From an uncultured Pseudomonadota bacterium (GTDB taxonomy: Bacteria > Pseudomonadota > Alphaproteobacteria > Rs-D84): a DNA stretch of 64,000 nucleotides. A program made the translations under genes and the position numbers. Of the stretch, positions 9,751-19,600 are shown one piece after another. Each line of letters opens with the position of its first letter. The first letter of the stretch is position 1. The stretch covers positions 3,159-67,158 of the forward strand of contig CAMOGA010000005.1 in the NCBI GenBank assembly GCA_946613885.1, given 5' to 3'. A model generated the notes under the pieces. The model had not been told where the DNA came from, searched no databases, and worked only from the letters and a program-made list of their open reading frames with translations.

Positions 9751-10683
9751 TTATTTCCGTGAAGCGGCATTTGTAAAAAATCCCGGAACAGAAAAATCTT
9801 CATCATTTGCAGCAATACCGGCCCATCCAAATAAATCACCCAATCCAGTGTCTTTGTGTTTAGATTGTTTGAACGGTAAAATGTTGCGTAATTTTCCAAT
9901 TCTATTGCGAGATGTCGATTTTGTTTCAGATGTAATTTTATCCTGTTTTTCTGCAAATTCAGTTGCCAATTGTTCCAATGTCGCATCTACAGAAATATCA
10001 TTATCGTCATTATTGTCCACAGGTATGATTGGTTCGTTATTATTTGTATCTTCTGATACGTCCAATGGGGTCATTTCAGATAATAATTTTTCCAAATCTG
10101 CATCATCATCAGAAATTTGGATGTCCATTTCGTCATCTTCTTTTGATTCAATTGTTTCAGATGGTTCATCAGATATTTCAGAAATTATATCTAAATTTTC
10201 AACAATTTCGTTGTTTTGTGGTTCTGAACCGTTTTCATCTTCGTTTGTTGATAATACAGATAATATAGGAACAATATTTTCTGTATCGATATTATCCTGA
10301 TTTTCAGAATCAACGACTGTTTCTGTTATGGTTGTTTCTTTGCGTGGGCGGCCACGTTTTTTTATTGGTGTTTCAACAACCGATTCGGTTTGTTCAACCA
10401 TTTCAATTGGTTCAGGAATAAATTCTGGTTCTGGTTCAATGATTTCAGATGTTTCAATCGATTCTGGTTCCGGTGTATTAATAACGTCAGTAATATTTGA
10501 TTCTGATATGGCGATGTTATCTGTTTTTGTTGATAATCCGGCATCTTCGTTGTCCACAGGGACACCAAATAACACAGTGTTTTTATCCAGATTTAATGCG
10601 TTGCGAACCTCTTCAAATGCAGCGCGTATATCGTTCATATCGAAAATTTCGTTTCCAGAAATATAGATGATTTTTGTCTTCAT
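9751..10683 (-). CDS. highly acidic hypothetical protein with an AT-hook-like motif
   Basis: Long D/E/I/N-rich low-complexity body. Contains a single KKRGRPRKE (GRP core AT-hook) and a conserved-looking C-terminus GDLFGWAGIAANDEDFSVPGFF. Confidence 0.55.
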   Translation of the reverse strand: MKTKIIYISGNEIFDMNDIRAAFEEVRNALNLDKNTVLFGVPVDNEDAGLSTKTDNIAISESNITDVINTPEPESIETSEIIEPEPEFIPEPIEMVEQTESVVETPIKKRGRPRKETTITETVVDSENQDNIDTENIVPILSVLSTNEDENGSEPQNNEIVENLDIISEISDEPSETIESKEDDEMDIQISDDDADLEKLLSEMTPLDVSEDTNNNEPIIPVDNNDDNDISVDATLEQLATEFAEKQDKITSETKSTSRNRIGKLRNILPFKQSKHKDTGLGDLFGWAGIAANDEDFSVPGFFTNAASRK

Positions 10684-10766
10684 AGAATTTGTTCCTTAAC
10701 TTTAACGGATGTATTATATCACATTTTCCGGTTGAACGCATATAAAAAATATCGTAAAATGCAAAT

Positions 10767-10979
10767 ATGGCAGATATTAAAGATCAAATTTTTCAAGAAC
10801 TGGATTCATTAGAGATTTTGGCACAACATTTACGTGCCGATGCCCAATGTGCGACAAAACAGACAGATTTAGAGGTTGCTATTTTAACTAAACAGGTTAA
10901 GACTTTACGTGAAAAAAATGAAAACGCCAAACAGTTAATTGAAAAATCTGTGTCGATTCTGGAGAAATTAAAGAAATGA
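10767..10979 (+). CDS. small coiled-coil protein, ZauP-like partner of ZapA
   Basis: 70-aa coiled-coil ORF whose stop overlaps the zapA start. This matches the alphaproteobacterial zauP-zapA arrangement. Confidence 0.4.
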   Translation: MADIKDQIFQELDSLEILAQHLRADAQCATKQTDLEVAILTKQVKTLREKNENAKQLIEKSVSILEKLKK

Positions 10980-11257
10980 GTGTTGTATCAATACCAATTG
11001 TTAATCGCAATTATCCCATGGGGTGTGAAGACGGGCAAGAGGGTCGCCTGATTGAACTGGGGCGTATTGTTGATGCGCGCGCACGGCAGATTTTGGATAA
11101 AATTGGTCCTTTGCAGGAAAGTGCATTATTGGCAACGTTGTGTATAGTTTTGGTTGATGAAATACAAAATAAAAATACCAAGCCAACAATATCTGATGAA
11201 GATTTGCGTGAAATTTTGGCACGAATCCGTGAAATAAAACATAAAATGTCTTTATAA
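10976..11257 (+). CDS. zapA: cell division protein ZapA
   Basis: V.IPIVNRNYPMGCEDGQEGRLIELGRIVD follows the ZapA N-terminal pattern (I.G..Y.L.C....E..L..LA..vd). About 90 aa. Confidence 0.65.
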   Translation: MSVVSIPIVNRNYPMGCEDGQEGRLIELGRIVDARARQILDKIGPLQESALLATLCIVLVDEIQNKNTKPTISDEDLREILARIREIKHKMSL

Positions 11258-11285
11258 AAAAACCGACATTTGTCGGTTTTTTATT
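11258..11285. terminator. bidirectional intrinsic terminator (zapA / gap)
   Basis: aaaaaaACCGACAtttGTCGGTtttttt. Confidence 0.7.
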
Positions 11286-11288
11286 TGT

Positions 11289-12287
11289 TTATAGTGTTTT
11301 TCCGATTGCAACGGCGGTATCGCACATACGATTTGAAAATCCCCATTCATTATCATACCATGCGGTTATGTGCAATACATTACCATCAACAACACGTGTA
11401 AACGATGTATCAAAAATCGCGCTGTGTGAATCATGTGTGAAATCAATAGATACCAATGGTTTTTCATTGATGCCCAATATATCAGATTGTGCCGCAATCA
11501 TCGCACGATTAACAGATTCTGATGTTGTGTTTTTCTTTAAATTCAATACCAGTTCAACGACAGAAACATCCGGAGTTGGAACACGAATTGCAACACCGTC
11601 TAATTTGCCGTCTAATTTTGGTAAAACCAGACCAATTGCCTTAGCAGCCCCGGTTGTTGTCGGAATCATTGATAAATTTGCCGCACGTGCACGACGGAAA
11701 TCTTTGTGATTTTTATCCAATAATTGCTGGTCACCTGTATAAGCATGCACAGTTGTCATCCAACCATTTTTTATACCGAATTTTTTATCCAGAACATTTA
11801 ACACTGGTGCCAAACAATTCGTTGTGCATGATGCGTTTGATATTATCAAATCACGTTTAGTTATTTTATTTTCATTAACACCAAAAACAATTGTTTTATC
11901 CGCCCCCACAGATGGTGCAGACACCAAAACACGTTTTGCGCCATTGTCCAGATGAACACGTGCTTTGTCCGCCGCGGTAAATAAACCTGTGCATTCCATA
12001 ACAACGTCAATTTTCATCTGTTTCCATGGTAATTTAGATGGATCGCGTTCGGATAAAACCCTGATTTTATGGCCGCCAACCAATATGTGTTCGCCGTCTG
12101 TTTTAACATCGGTATTTAATTTTCCATGAACAGAATCATATTGTAATAAATGTGCGTTTTCGTCCAATGGGGTTATATCGTTAATTGCGACAAAATCAAT
12201 ATCTTTGCGCCCGGATTCAATTGCAGCACGCAATACCAAACGCCCAATACGCCCAAAACCATTAATTGCAACCCGAATTTTTTTCAT
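11289..12287 (-). CDS. gap: glyceraldehyde-3-phosphate dehydrogenase
   Basis: INGFGRIGR, the active site SCTTNCLAP, and WYDNEWGFS. Start set at MKKIRVAING. Confidence 0.93.
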   Translation of the reverse strand: MKKIRVAINGFGRIGRLVLRAAIESGRKDIDFVAINDITPLDENAHLLQYDSVHGKLNTDVKTDGEHILVGGHKIRVLSERDPSKLPWKQMKIDVVMECTGLFTAADKARVHLDNGAKRVLVSAPSVGADKTIVFGVNENKITKRDLIISNASCTTNCLAPVLNVLDKKFGIKNGWMTTVHAYTGDQQLLDKNHKDFRRARAANLSMIPTTTGAAKAIGLVLPKLDGKLDGVAIRVPTPDVSVVELVLNLKKNTTSESVNRAMIAAQSDILGINEKPLVSIDFTHDSHSAIFDTSFTRVVDGNVLHITAWYDNEWGFSNRMCDTAVAIGKTL

Positions 12288-12384
12288 AAAATCTCCTTTG
12301 TTCCTGATGTGATATTTTATCATAAAATAGGGATAAAATACAATTTGATTTTTTTCTGGAAAATAGCCGTCTGTTTTCTATAAT

Positions 12385-13293
12385 GTGATTATGAAGTATA
12401 AATCGATAATTATTACAGGACCAACTGCATCGGGCAAATCTGATTTTGCGCATGAATTGGCACAGCAAATAAATGGTGCAATTATAAATTGCGACAGTGT
12501 TCAGATTTATGCTGGTATTGAAAATATATCTGCATCACCGTTTGCAAATGAATCAGATGCCAAATCAGAACAAATTGATGGTGTTCCATATAAATTATTT
12601 TCGATTCTGCCGTTAAATAAGCATATTAGTGTTTCTGAATATTTGAATCTGGCGCATCAGGCGATGGATGAAGTGGTTTTAATGGGCAAAATACCAATCT
12701 TTGTTGGCGGTACGGGATATTATATAAATGTTTTGTTAAATGGTATATCTCAAATTCCGGAAATCAGTGAACAAAACAGAATACGTGCGCGTGATATCGT
12801 TGAAAACGATATGTCAAAGGCACGTGAAATATTGCCAACTGATTTTATAATGATTGACCCACAACGTACTGCACGTGCATTAGAGGTGTTTTTTGAAACT
12901 GGTGTTCATTTAACGGATTGGCAAAAAAATCCTCGTACTGGTGCAATCATTTCAGATGCATATAAAATACTGGTGTTGCCAGAACGTGAAATATTATTGG
13001 AACGTATTGCAAAACGTATTCCTGAAATGATACATGGTGGCGCATTAAACGAAGCGAAAAATATAATTACCAATAATTTTGATGAAACACGTGCAATTGG
13101 TGCAACACAGTTATGCAAAATGCTGCGCGGTGAATTATCTGAATCAGAGGCAATTGAAAATTGGATAACAAAAACGAATCAATATGCTAAACGTCAAAGA
13201 ACTTGGTTTCGCGGACAATATAATGCTGATTTAGTAATAGAACACATCCCAAATGCAAAAGATATATCAGAAACGATAAATAAAATATCATAA
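12385..13293 (+). CDS. miaA: tRNA dimethylallyltransferase
   Basis: P-loop GPTASGKS, DSVQIY, and the typical size. Confidence 0.9.
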   Translation: MIMKYKSIIITGPTASGKSDFAHELAQQINGAIINCDSVQIYAGIENISASPFANESDAKSEQIDGVPYKLFSILPLNKHISVSEYLNLAHQAMDEVVLMGKIPIFVGGTGYYINVLLNGISQIPEISEQNRIRARDIVENDMSKAREILPTDFIMIDPQRTARALEVFFETGVHLTDWQKNPRTGAIISDAYKILVLPEREILLERIAKRIPEMIHGGALNEAKNIITNNFDETRAIGATQLCKMLRGELSESEAIENWITKTNQYAKRQRTWFRGQYNADLVIEHIPNAKDISETINKIS

Positions 13294-14013
13294 TTCGTTT
13301 ATGATTTTTTTATATGCATCACGTGTGGTTTTATCCAGACCAATCTTCTGCATTTTTTTACGAACACGAACCAGACCAGTGAATTCATAATCTGTATTGT
13401 TGTATTTTGCCCATTCCCAATCAATTATACCAGTGATTTTCATGGTTTTTGGGTCAATCATAATATTGCTGCACATGTCACCATGAATCCATGAATATCC
13501 AGGTTGAATCGGATTGGTGCGCAAATCATCGATTTCTGTCGGTTTTGCCAACGATTTTTGGTATATAAATTCTGCCAATTGTTTGCTGATTTGGTTTTGA
13601 TATTTTTTTATTTTGCGCGATGATATATTAACCAATAATTTTCCATTTATACGTGCAGTTTTATAAAAAGTTATATTGTCAGAATCAAAAAATTCAATTT
13701 TTGGAATTTCAATCGTACACCATGGACGCAGTGCATCTGTGATACGTTTTTCACGGTAAAAGCGTTCGAATTTGCCGGCCTCGTAATTATGTTTGCGAAC
13801 CTTGAACGTGTCGTTGCCAATTATAAAAACCAATGAACCGCCACCCTTAGCCAGACGCATTTTTCCATAATCTAAATCGGGATATGCGTGTTTCAGTGCA
13901 TTTATTTTGCGCCGATAATCAAACAATAAATCTGTGCGTAAAAATTTGCGCCATTTTTTTATCGGCACAATTGAAAATAACCGGTCACTTAATTCAAATA
14001 ATAATTTCCACAT
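13288..14013 (-). CDS. aminoglycoside/choline-kinase-family phosphotransferase-like protein
   Basis: WIHGDMCSNIMID....ITGIIDWEWA matches the APH catalytic loop plus the DxD-like motif. Start set at the internal MWKLL; the upstream extension looks non-coding. Confidence 0.55.
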   Translation of the reverse strand: MWKLLFELSDRLFSIVPIKKWRKFLRTDLLFDYRRKINALKHAYPDLDYGKMRLAKGGGSLVFIIGNDTFKVRKHNYEAGKFERFYREKRITDALRPWCTIEIPKIEFFDSDNITFYKTARINGKLLVNISSRKIKKYQNQISKQLAEFIYQKSLAKPTEIDDLRTNPIQPGYSWIHGDMCSNIMIDPKTMKITGIIDWEWAKYNNTDYEFTGLVRVRKKMQKIGLDKTTRDAYKKIINEL

Positions 14014-14058
14014 AACGTATAAATGATTATTGAAAAAAAGAAAAAAAACAAGTATTTT

Positions 14059-16266
14059 ATGAATATGTTCAAAAAAGACGATATTGTAAAAGTTCTGATA
14101 CCCAATGTTATAAACACTGGGTACGATTATCGTTTGACTGAAAATGCAGATGTTGGAAATTTTGTCCGTGTTACGGTTATGAATAAACAATATATTGGCG
14201 TTATTGTTGGGGCCGGGGATGGCAAGATAGATGCTTCAAAGATAAAACCGATAATATCAATATGTGATTTTGGAAAAATGTCCGTGGCTGATTTGAATTG
14301 GATATACAAAATGTCACAATGGACATTGATGAATCCTGGGGCGGTGTTGCGATTAATTTTAAATGTTCCTGATGCGTTTAATCCGCCAAAAATAGAACAA
14401 TTATATGCCTATAATTTTAATCAGACGACTAAAATGACAGATGCACGACAACGTGTTATGGATGCGTTTCAATCAAATGAAAATGAACCAATGTCTGTGT
14501 CGGATATTCAAAATATCGCACATGTTAGTGGGGCTGTTATAAAAACAATGATAAAAAATGCTGTGTTAATGCCAACCACAATGCGTGAAAAAGATGAACG
14601 TAGATTTGTGTATGAATATTATGATACGGGCAATGTAAAATTAAACGCGGAACAACAATCTGCGGCGGATAAGATAAATCGCGCAATTAGTGATGAAAAT
14701 TTTTCTGTGCATTTATTAGATGGTATAACAGGTTCTGGTAAAACTCAGGTTTATTTTGATGCGGTTTTACGTGCATATAATATGGGGAAATCGGTATTAT
14801 TGATGATGCCTGAAATTGCGTTGACTGCACAATTTATGGACCGATTTCGTAATCGCTTTGGTAATCCGCCCGTTGTGTGGCACAGCAATTTAACCGCATC
14901 ACGGCGGCGTGAAATTTGGCGTGGTGTTGCACGTGGTGATATAAAAATTGTCGTTGGAACACGCAGCGCATTATTTTTACCCTGGCAAAATCTGGGGTTA
15001 ATTGTGGTTGATGAAGAACACGATACATCATATAAACAGGAAGATATGGGGAATTATCATGCGCGTGATATGGCAATATTACGGGCGAAAATTGCCGGTT
15101 TTCCCGTTGTTTTAGCCAGTGCCACACCATCTGTTGAAACAATGTATAACGTCAGTATGGGAAAATATCATCGTATACGTTTGATGTCGCGTTTTGGTGG
15201 TGCACAAATGCCAAAAATTGAAACCATAGATATGCGTCAAAATCATCCTGAATCTTATAAAATTGGTTCAGATGAAAATGAAATTTCGGGTAATTTATCG
15301 CCGATACTGTGTGATGAAATATGTGATACTTTGTCAAAACATCAGCAGGTTATGTTGTTTATAAATCGTCGTGGTTTTGCACCGATTGTGCAATGTAAAA
15401 AATGTGGTTGGGTGGCACAGTGTCCTGATTGTTCAATGGGGTTAAATTATCATAAAAATTTGAATAAATTGTTGTGTCATATGTGTGGAAAAACACTAAA
15501 TTTACCAACAAAATGTCCACAATGTGGAAATGATATTTCTATGCGTGGGGCGGGATTGGAACGCGTTGAACAGGAAATATCTGTAAAATTCCCAAATGCG
15601 CGAACTGCGTTGGTGTCATCTGATACAATATCATCGCGTGAATCATTGGAACGGATGGTTCATAAGATGGAAAATGGGGAAATAGATATAATTATCGGAA
15701 CACAAATTTTAGCCAAAGGACATCATTTTCCAAACCTGACATTGGTTGGGGTTGTTGATGCAGATATGGGATTGTTTGGAACAGATTTTAGGGCGGGTGA
15801 ACATACTTTCCAACAATTATTTCAGGTTGCAGGTCGTGCGGGTCGTGGCGAAATTCCTGGCCGTGTTTTATTACAGACGTATCAACCAGAACATCCTGTG
15901 TTGGGGGCGATATGTGCCGGTAATCGCGATGAATTTATGGCCGGCGATATGGAATCAAGGCGGGCGGCGCAAATGCCACCGTTTGGGCAATTGATTGCTG
16001 TTATTGTGGAAAGTGATAAAGAAAGTGTGCTGAAAAAATATTGTGAAGAATTGGCAAGTGTTGCACCGCAATTAAATGGTGGAAAAATTATGGGGCCGAT
16101 ACCCGCCCAGATTTATCAGATTCGTAATTGGTATCGCATGAGGTTTTTGGTGTCTGGGCATGCACGTGCAAATTTGCAACCGATTGTGCGTGATTGGTTG
16201 GATAAGATAAAACAACCAACAAATACCAGAGTAAAAATAGATGTAAACCCGCAAAGTTTTATGTGA
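14059..16266 (+). CDS. priA: primosomal protein N' (replication restart helicase)
   Basis: GITGSGKT, DEEHD, and the Cys4-Cys4 zinc module (CKKCGW..CPDC...CHMCG..CPQCG). Start uncertain (14023, 14059 or 14065). Confidence 0.9.
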   Translation: MNMFKKDDIVKVLIPNVINTGYDYRLTENADVGNFVRVTVMNKQYIGVIVGAGDGKIDASKIKPIISICDFGKMSVADLNWIYKMSQWTLMNPGAVLRLILNVPDAFNPPKIEQLYAYNFNQTTKMTDARQRVMDAFQSNENEPMSVSDIQNIAHVSGAVIKTMIKNAVLMPTTMREKDERRFVYEYYDTGNVKLNAEQQSAADKINRAISDENFSVHLLDGITGSGKTQVYFDAVLRAYNMGKSVLLMMPEIALTAQFMDRFRNRFGNPPVVWHSNLTASRRREIWRGVARGDIKIVVGTRSALFLPWQNLGLIVVDEEHDTSYKQEDMGNYHARDMAILRAKIAGFPVVLASATPSVETMYNVSMGKYHRIRLMSRFGGAQMPKIETIDMRQNHPESYKIGSDENEISGNLSPILCDEICDTLSKHQQVMLFINRRGFAPIVQCKKCGWVAQCPDCSMGLNYHKNLNKLLCHMCGKTLNLPTKCPQCGNDISMRGAGLERVEQEISVKFPNARTALVSSDTISSRESLERMVHKMENGEIDIIIGTQILAKGHHFPNLTLVGVVDADMGLFGTDFRAGEHTFQQLFQVAGRAGRGEIPGRVLLQTYQPEHPVLGAICAGNRDEFMAGDMESRRAAQMPPFGQLIAVIVESDKESVLKKYCEELASVAPQLNGGKIMGPIPAQIYQIRNWYRMRFLVSGHARANLQPIVRDWLDKIKQPTNTRVKIDVNPQSFM

Positions 16267-16275
16267 TGACCAGAT

Positions 16276-16306
16276 AAAAAAACAGCGAAAATTCGCTGTT
16301 TTTTTT
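16276..16306. terminator. bidirectional intrinsic terminator (priA / downstream minus-strand operon)
   Basis: aaaaaaCAGCGAaaatTCGCTGtttttttt. Confidence 0.7.
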
Positions 16307-16697
16307 ATTTAGTTTTATTTTTTATGCGGTTGTGAAATATTTTATTCCAAAAATTTTTGCGTGTAAGAATACGTTCGTATTCGTCTTTTTCTGCGGTATT
16401 CATTTGTCTGTTCAATTCATCGTGGTCAGGTGTCAACGATTTGTTTTGTAATATACATTCTATTTCGTGAATACCTTTTAATATTATGTTTGCGCCATAG
16501 CGGTCTGTGGCGGTACCATTGATGTCAAAAGCCAAAGGTTCCAATTGTTCCATTTCTTTTAATTTTGATTGAACGATGGCTGTAAATTTTGTCGCATCAA
16601 TTACACGATTTTGTGCATCAATTGCGTTTGTTTTCTGTAATTCCGTTTTCAAAGATTGTTTGATGGTGTTAACTTTTTTTTCAATATCAATATACAT
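16305..16697 (-). CDS. hypothetical protein downstream of virB11
   Basis: ORF with start set at MYIDIEKK. Charged and helical-looking, no motif recognised. Confidence 0.4.
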   Translation of the reverse strand: MYIDIEKKVNTIKQSLKTELQKTNAIDAQNRVIDATKFTAIVQSKLKEMEQLEPLAFDINGTATDRYGANIILKGIHEIECILQNKSLTPDHDELNRQMNTAEKDEYERILTRKNFWNKIFHNRIKNKTK

Positions 16698-16760
16698 TGT
16701 ATAACCCCTTGGTTCTTTTGAAAAAAATAGCACGGTTTTGGACAATGTCAATGTTTTTAG

Positions 16761-17756
16761 TTAAACAACCTCTGTGACAGCGCGTAATGTTCCTTCGCGA
16801 GATAATTGGACAACACGAATTTTCTTTTTCATTTCTGCAATTAATTCGGTTCTGTTATATGCAGGTTGGGTGTGTAAGATACGATCTGCAAATGCGGCAT
16901 AGGCGGCTTCTGCGTTTTCTGCATGAATTGTAGTGTAAAAATGGTCGTGGCCAGTACCCAACATTTCCCATAACACAGCAGCATTGTCGGTGGATATTTC
17001 ACCACCAATAATCACATCTGGGGTCATACGAACAACCAAATCCAGCAGACGCGCATAATTAAAATCGTTGTTTTGCTCTGTTCTGGATAATACAAAATGA
17101 ACACGATTTTTTTGTGGAACACGAATTTCACGTGCGTCTTCAACAGTTATAACGCGACTGTTTTGATCAATCAGTGTTAACATATGATTTAAAAAAGTGG
17201 TTTTTCCCGTTGATGTCGCACCAGATACCAGAATAGGACTGCCGTCATTTATTGCAGACATTAACCGTTCATATGGGTCATCAGGACGGACGGATTCACG
17301 GGGCTTTACCTTTAACAATTTTTGCCCACGTTGCAGATGATAGTTTTCAAAACTGGTTTCACGCGTGGTGCCACCACGAATATTTAATGCCACACCGCCG
17401 GTTATATCACGTTCGTCATATTGAACGTTTGGACCCGCAATTGCAGAAAAACGATGATTTCCAGGTAATGTAGCATATACCACAGGTATCCCGTGAATCG
17501 GGTCAAATGGACGTTCGTAAATATTTGCAACCGTATGAATCAAATCAATCAGATATTGTTTTGATAAAATTTCGCTGTTGTAAGAAACCCATGGAACACG
17601 TCCACCATTTAAACGCATCCATACTTCGCCTGCATGATTTATGGCAATTTCTTCAACAAAGGAAGGACTGTAAAATTCTTCCAATGGTTTTAATAAAGAA
17701 TCTAATACAACATTACTCATGTTTTTTATTTTATCATAAATTGTGGCTTGAATCAA
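16761..17756 (-). CDS. virB11: VirB11-family type IV secretion ATPase
   Basis: Walker A GATSTGKTT, VITVEDAREI, RMTPDVIIGGEI, and a His-box-like TTIHAENA. About 330 aa. Confidence 0.8.
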   Translation of the reverse strand: MIQATIYDKIKNMSNVVLDSLLKPLEEFYSPSFVEEIAINHAGEVWMRLNGGRVPWVSYNSEILSKQYLIDLIHTVANIYERPFDPIHGIPVVYATLPGNHRFSAIAGPNVQYDERDITGGVALNIRGGTTRETSFENYHLQRGQKLLKVKPRESVRPDDPYERLMSAINDGSPILVSGATSTGKTTFLNHMLTLIDQNSRVITVEDAREIRVPQKNRVHFVLSRTEQNNDFNYARLLDLVVRMTPDVIIGGEISTDNAAVLWEMLGTGHDHFYTTIHAENAEAAYAAFADRILHTQPAYNRTELIAEMKKKIRVVQLSREGTLRAVTEVV

Positions 17757-17800
17757 AAAAGTTTATTTGCTAGGATGAAAAAAACAAAAGGGAAAAAGAA

Positions 17801-18346
17801 ATGAAAAAATATTTACTTTGTTTTTTGTGTTCTGCGGTGTTATTGGGTGGCTGTAATTCTGGGGATGGCGGTTTTTATGGGAACGATGCCAATGCGGTGT
17901 ATGATGAAAAAACTGGCGAATATATAACTGCGGATAACGAATACGCAGAAATCGATTCGTACAAACCACGCAGTATGGCAGAACGTGAGGCAATATCGAA
18001 TCGGTGGAATACGGCACGTAAAGAAACCAGATGGCAAGAATACAAAGGTTCAATGGTTCGTATCGAAATTTTGTTGGGCGATAGTGAAACACGCGAAATG
18101 CGTTTGCGTTTGATGCAAAACGCTGATGGTATGGATGTTGATGCGGATGCGCGTACGATTTTGGCACGTGTTGCAGATTATGAAATGAAACGTGTATGTG
18201 GGCGTAATGCTGAATCTATTGTTGTCGTGTATGATAATCCATCGGCCCAGGTTATGCGTCCAACAACATTTTACGATTATCGTGTCGAATCCGAAGGTGT
18301 CACCATGCGTGAATATGGATTCAAATGTGTTTACAATACTAAATAA
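17801..18346 (+). CDS. hypothetical lipoprotein
   Basis: Lipobox LLGGC after a signal sequence. No family recognised. Confidence 0.55.
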   Translation: MKKYLLCFLCSAVLLGGCNSGDGGFYGNDANAVYDEKTGEYITADNEYAEIDSYKPRSMAEREAISNRWNTARKETRWQEYKGSMVRIEILLGDSETREMRLRLMQNADGMDVDADARTILARVADYEMKRVCGRNAESIVVVYDNPSAQVMRPTTFYDYRVESEGVTMREYGFKCVYNTK

Positions 18347-18357
18347 AGGAGTAATAA

Positions 18358-18678
18358 ATGAAAAAAGTATTGGGTGTAGTGGCTTTGTGCGGGGTTGCCG
18401 CATTGGCAGGATGTGACAAAGTTGCAAAAAATGGCGATACAGTCGTTATTGATTTTGCTGGATTTTTGGGTGAAGAACAATTTGCCGGTGGTACAGCAGA
18501 AAATTATTCTTTGAAATTGGGTTCTGGCACATTTGTCCCAGGTTTCGAAGAACAATTGGTTGGTGCAAAAGTTGGCGAAAGTCGTGATGTAAATATTACT
18601 TTCCCAACAGATTATGTTCCAGAATTGGCTGGTAAAGATGTTGTGTTCAAAGTCACAATCAAAGATATCAAAAAATAA
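18358..18678 (+). CDS. lipoprotein consisting of a trigger-factor-type FKBP PPIase domain
   Basis: Lipobox ALAGC, then [61 protein letters not shown]...[16 protein letters not shown]. This is the signature of the trigger factor PPIase domain. Confidence 0.7.
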   Translation: MKKVLGVVALCGVAALAGCDKVAKNGDTVVIDFAGFLGEEQFAGGTAENYSLKLGSGTFVPGFEEQLVGAKVGESRDVNITFPTDYVPELAGKDVVFKVTIKDIKK

Positions 18679-18695
18679 AGATTTTGAATCAATTT

Positions 18696-18722
18696 AAAAA
18701 TCCGCCGTTTGGCGGATTTTTT
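18696..18722. terminator. bidirectional intrinsic terminator
   Basis: aaaaaTCCGCCgtttGGCGGAtttttt. Confidence 0.7.
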
Positions 18723-19539
18723 ATATTGCCTGAATGAATATTTTTGCCCGATTCGCGGCTGCAATAACCGCATCACGGTCGATTACAAAGCATGTCTTGG
18801 CATTTATAATAATTCCGTTTAATTTTGCCGCAGCAACCGCACGAACAGTGTCAACACCAATTGCAGGAATATCAATACGTAAATCCTGACCTGGTTTAGT
18901 CATTTTAGCAAACACACCACTGGATTTGCGTTTGTTTTTGCGCATTTCAACAACGCGATCCAGCATGCGTGCAGTGCCTTCGGCGGCTTCGACTGCAAAG
19001 ACCTGTTTATCAACGACCACGGATGCACCAATGTCTGCCGAACCAATAATATGTGATACTTCAATGGCACGTTTGATGTCCGCTATGTCTGATTTTGACG
19101 GTTTGTGTTTTGTATAAATACCGGGCTTTTCAAAAGTTAATTCAGGTGCCAAATCTTGTGCCGCAACAATTTCATATCCGCGTTTTTCCAACGCTTTGTT
19201 AAATGCAACCGCCATGGAATCATACCCCCGTTGATGTTTTAAAACACTTAATAACACAGATATAGACCATAAATCAGGTCGTATATCACTTAAATTTATA
19301 TGCCCCAGTGCACCCACGAATACCAATTTAGAAATGCCACGCTTTTTACATTCGCGTGCCGCTGTTCCGCCACCACCAACACGTATAACCAAATCTGGTT
19401 TTAATGCCGGGTCATAGAAATTCTTTAATCCGATAACAAATACATCCCAACCGTTTTTACGCAACGCATCACGTGCCAAAAATGGCAACGATAATGCACC
19501 AGCAAACAGGGCGACTTTTTTGTCTGAATTTTTTTTCAT
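18721..19539 (-). CDS. lpxI: UDP-2,3-diacylglucosamine pyrophosphatase LpxI (DUF1009 family)
   Basis: Full-length resemblance to LpxI (LFAGALSLP..., DIGASVVV....FAVEAAEGT..ML.RV, IDIPAIGVDTV, VIDRDAVIAAAN). No lpxA or lpxB flank it here. Confidence 0.8.
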   Translation of the reverse strand: MKKNSDKKVALFAGALSLPFLARDALRKNGWDVFVIGLKNFYDPALKPDLVIRVGGGGTAARECKKRGISKLVFVGALGHINLSDIRPDLWSISVLLSVLKHQRGYDSMAVAFNKALEKRGYEIVAAQDLAPELTFEKPGIYTKHKPSKSDIADIKRAIEVSHIIGSADIGASVVVDKQVFAVEAAEGTARMLDRVVEMRKNKRKSSGVFAKMTKPGQDLRIDIPAIGVDTVRAVAAAKLNGIIINAKTCFVIDRDAVIAAANRAKIFIQAI

Positions 19540-19600
19540 ATTTATATTTTAAGATTAAAATAATTTGTAATCAAGTTGGAATTTATGTTATTATTTGAAT

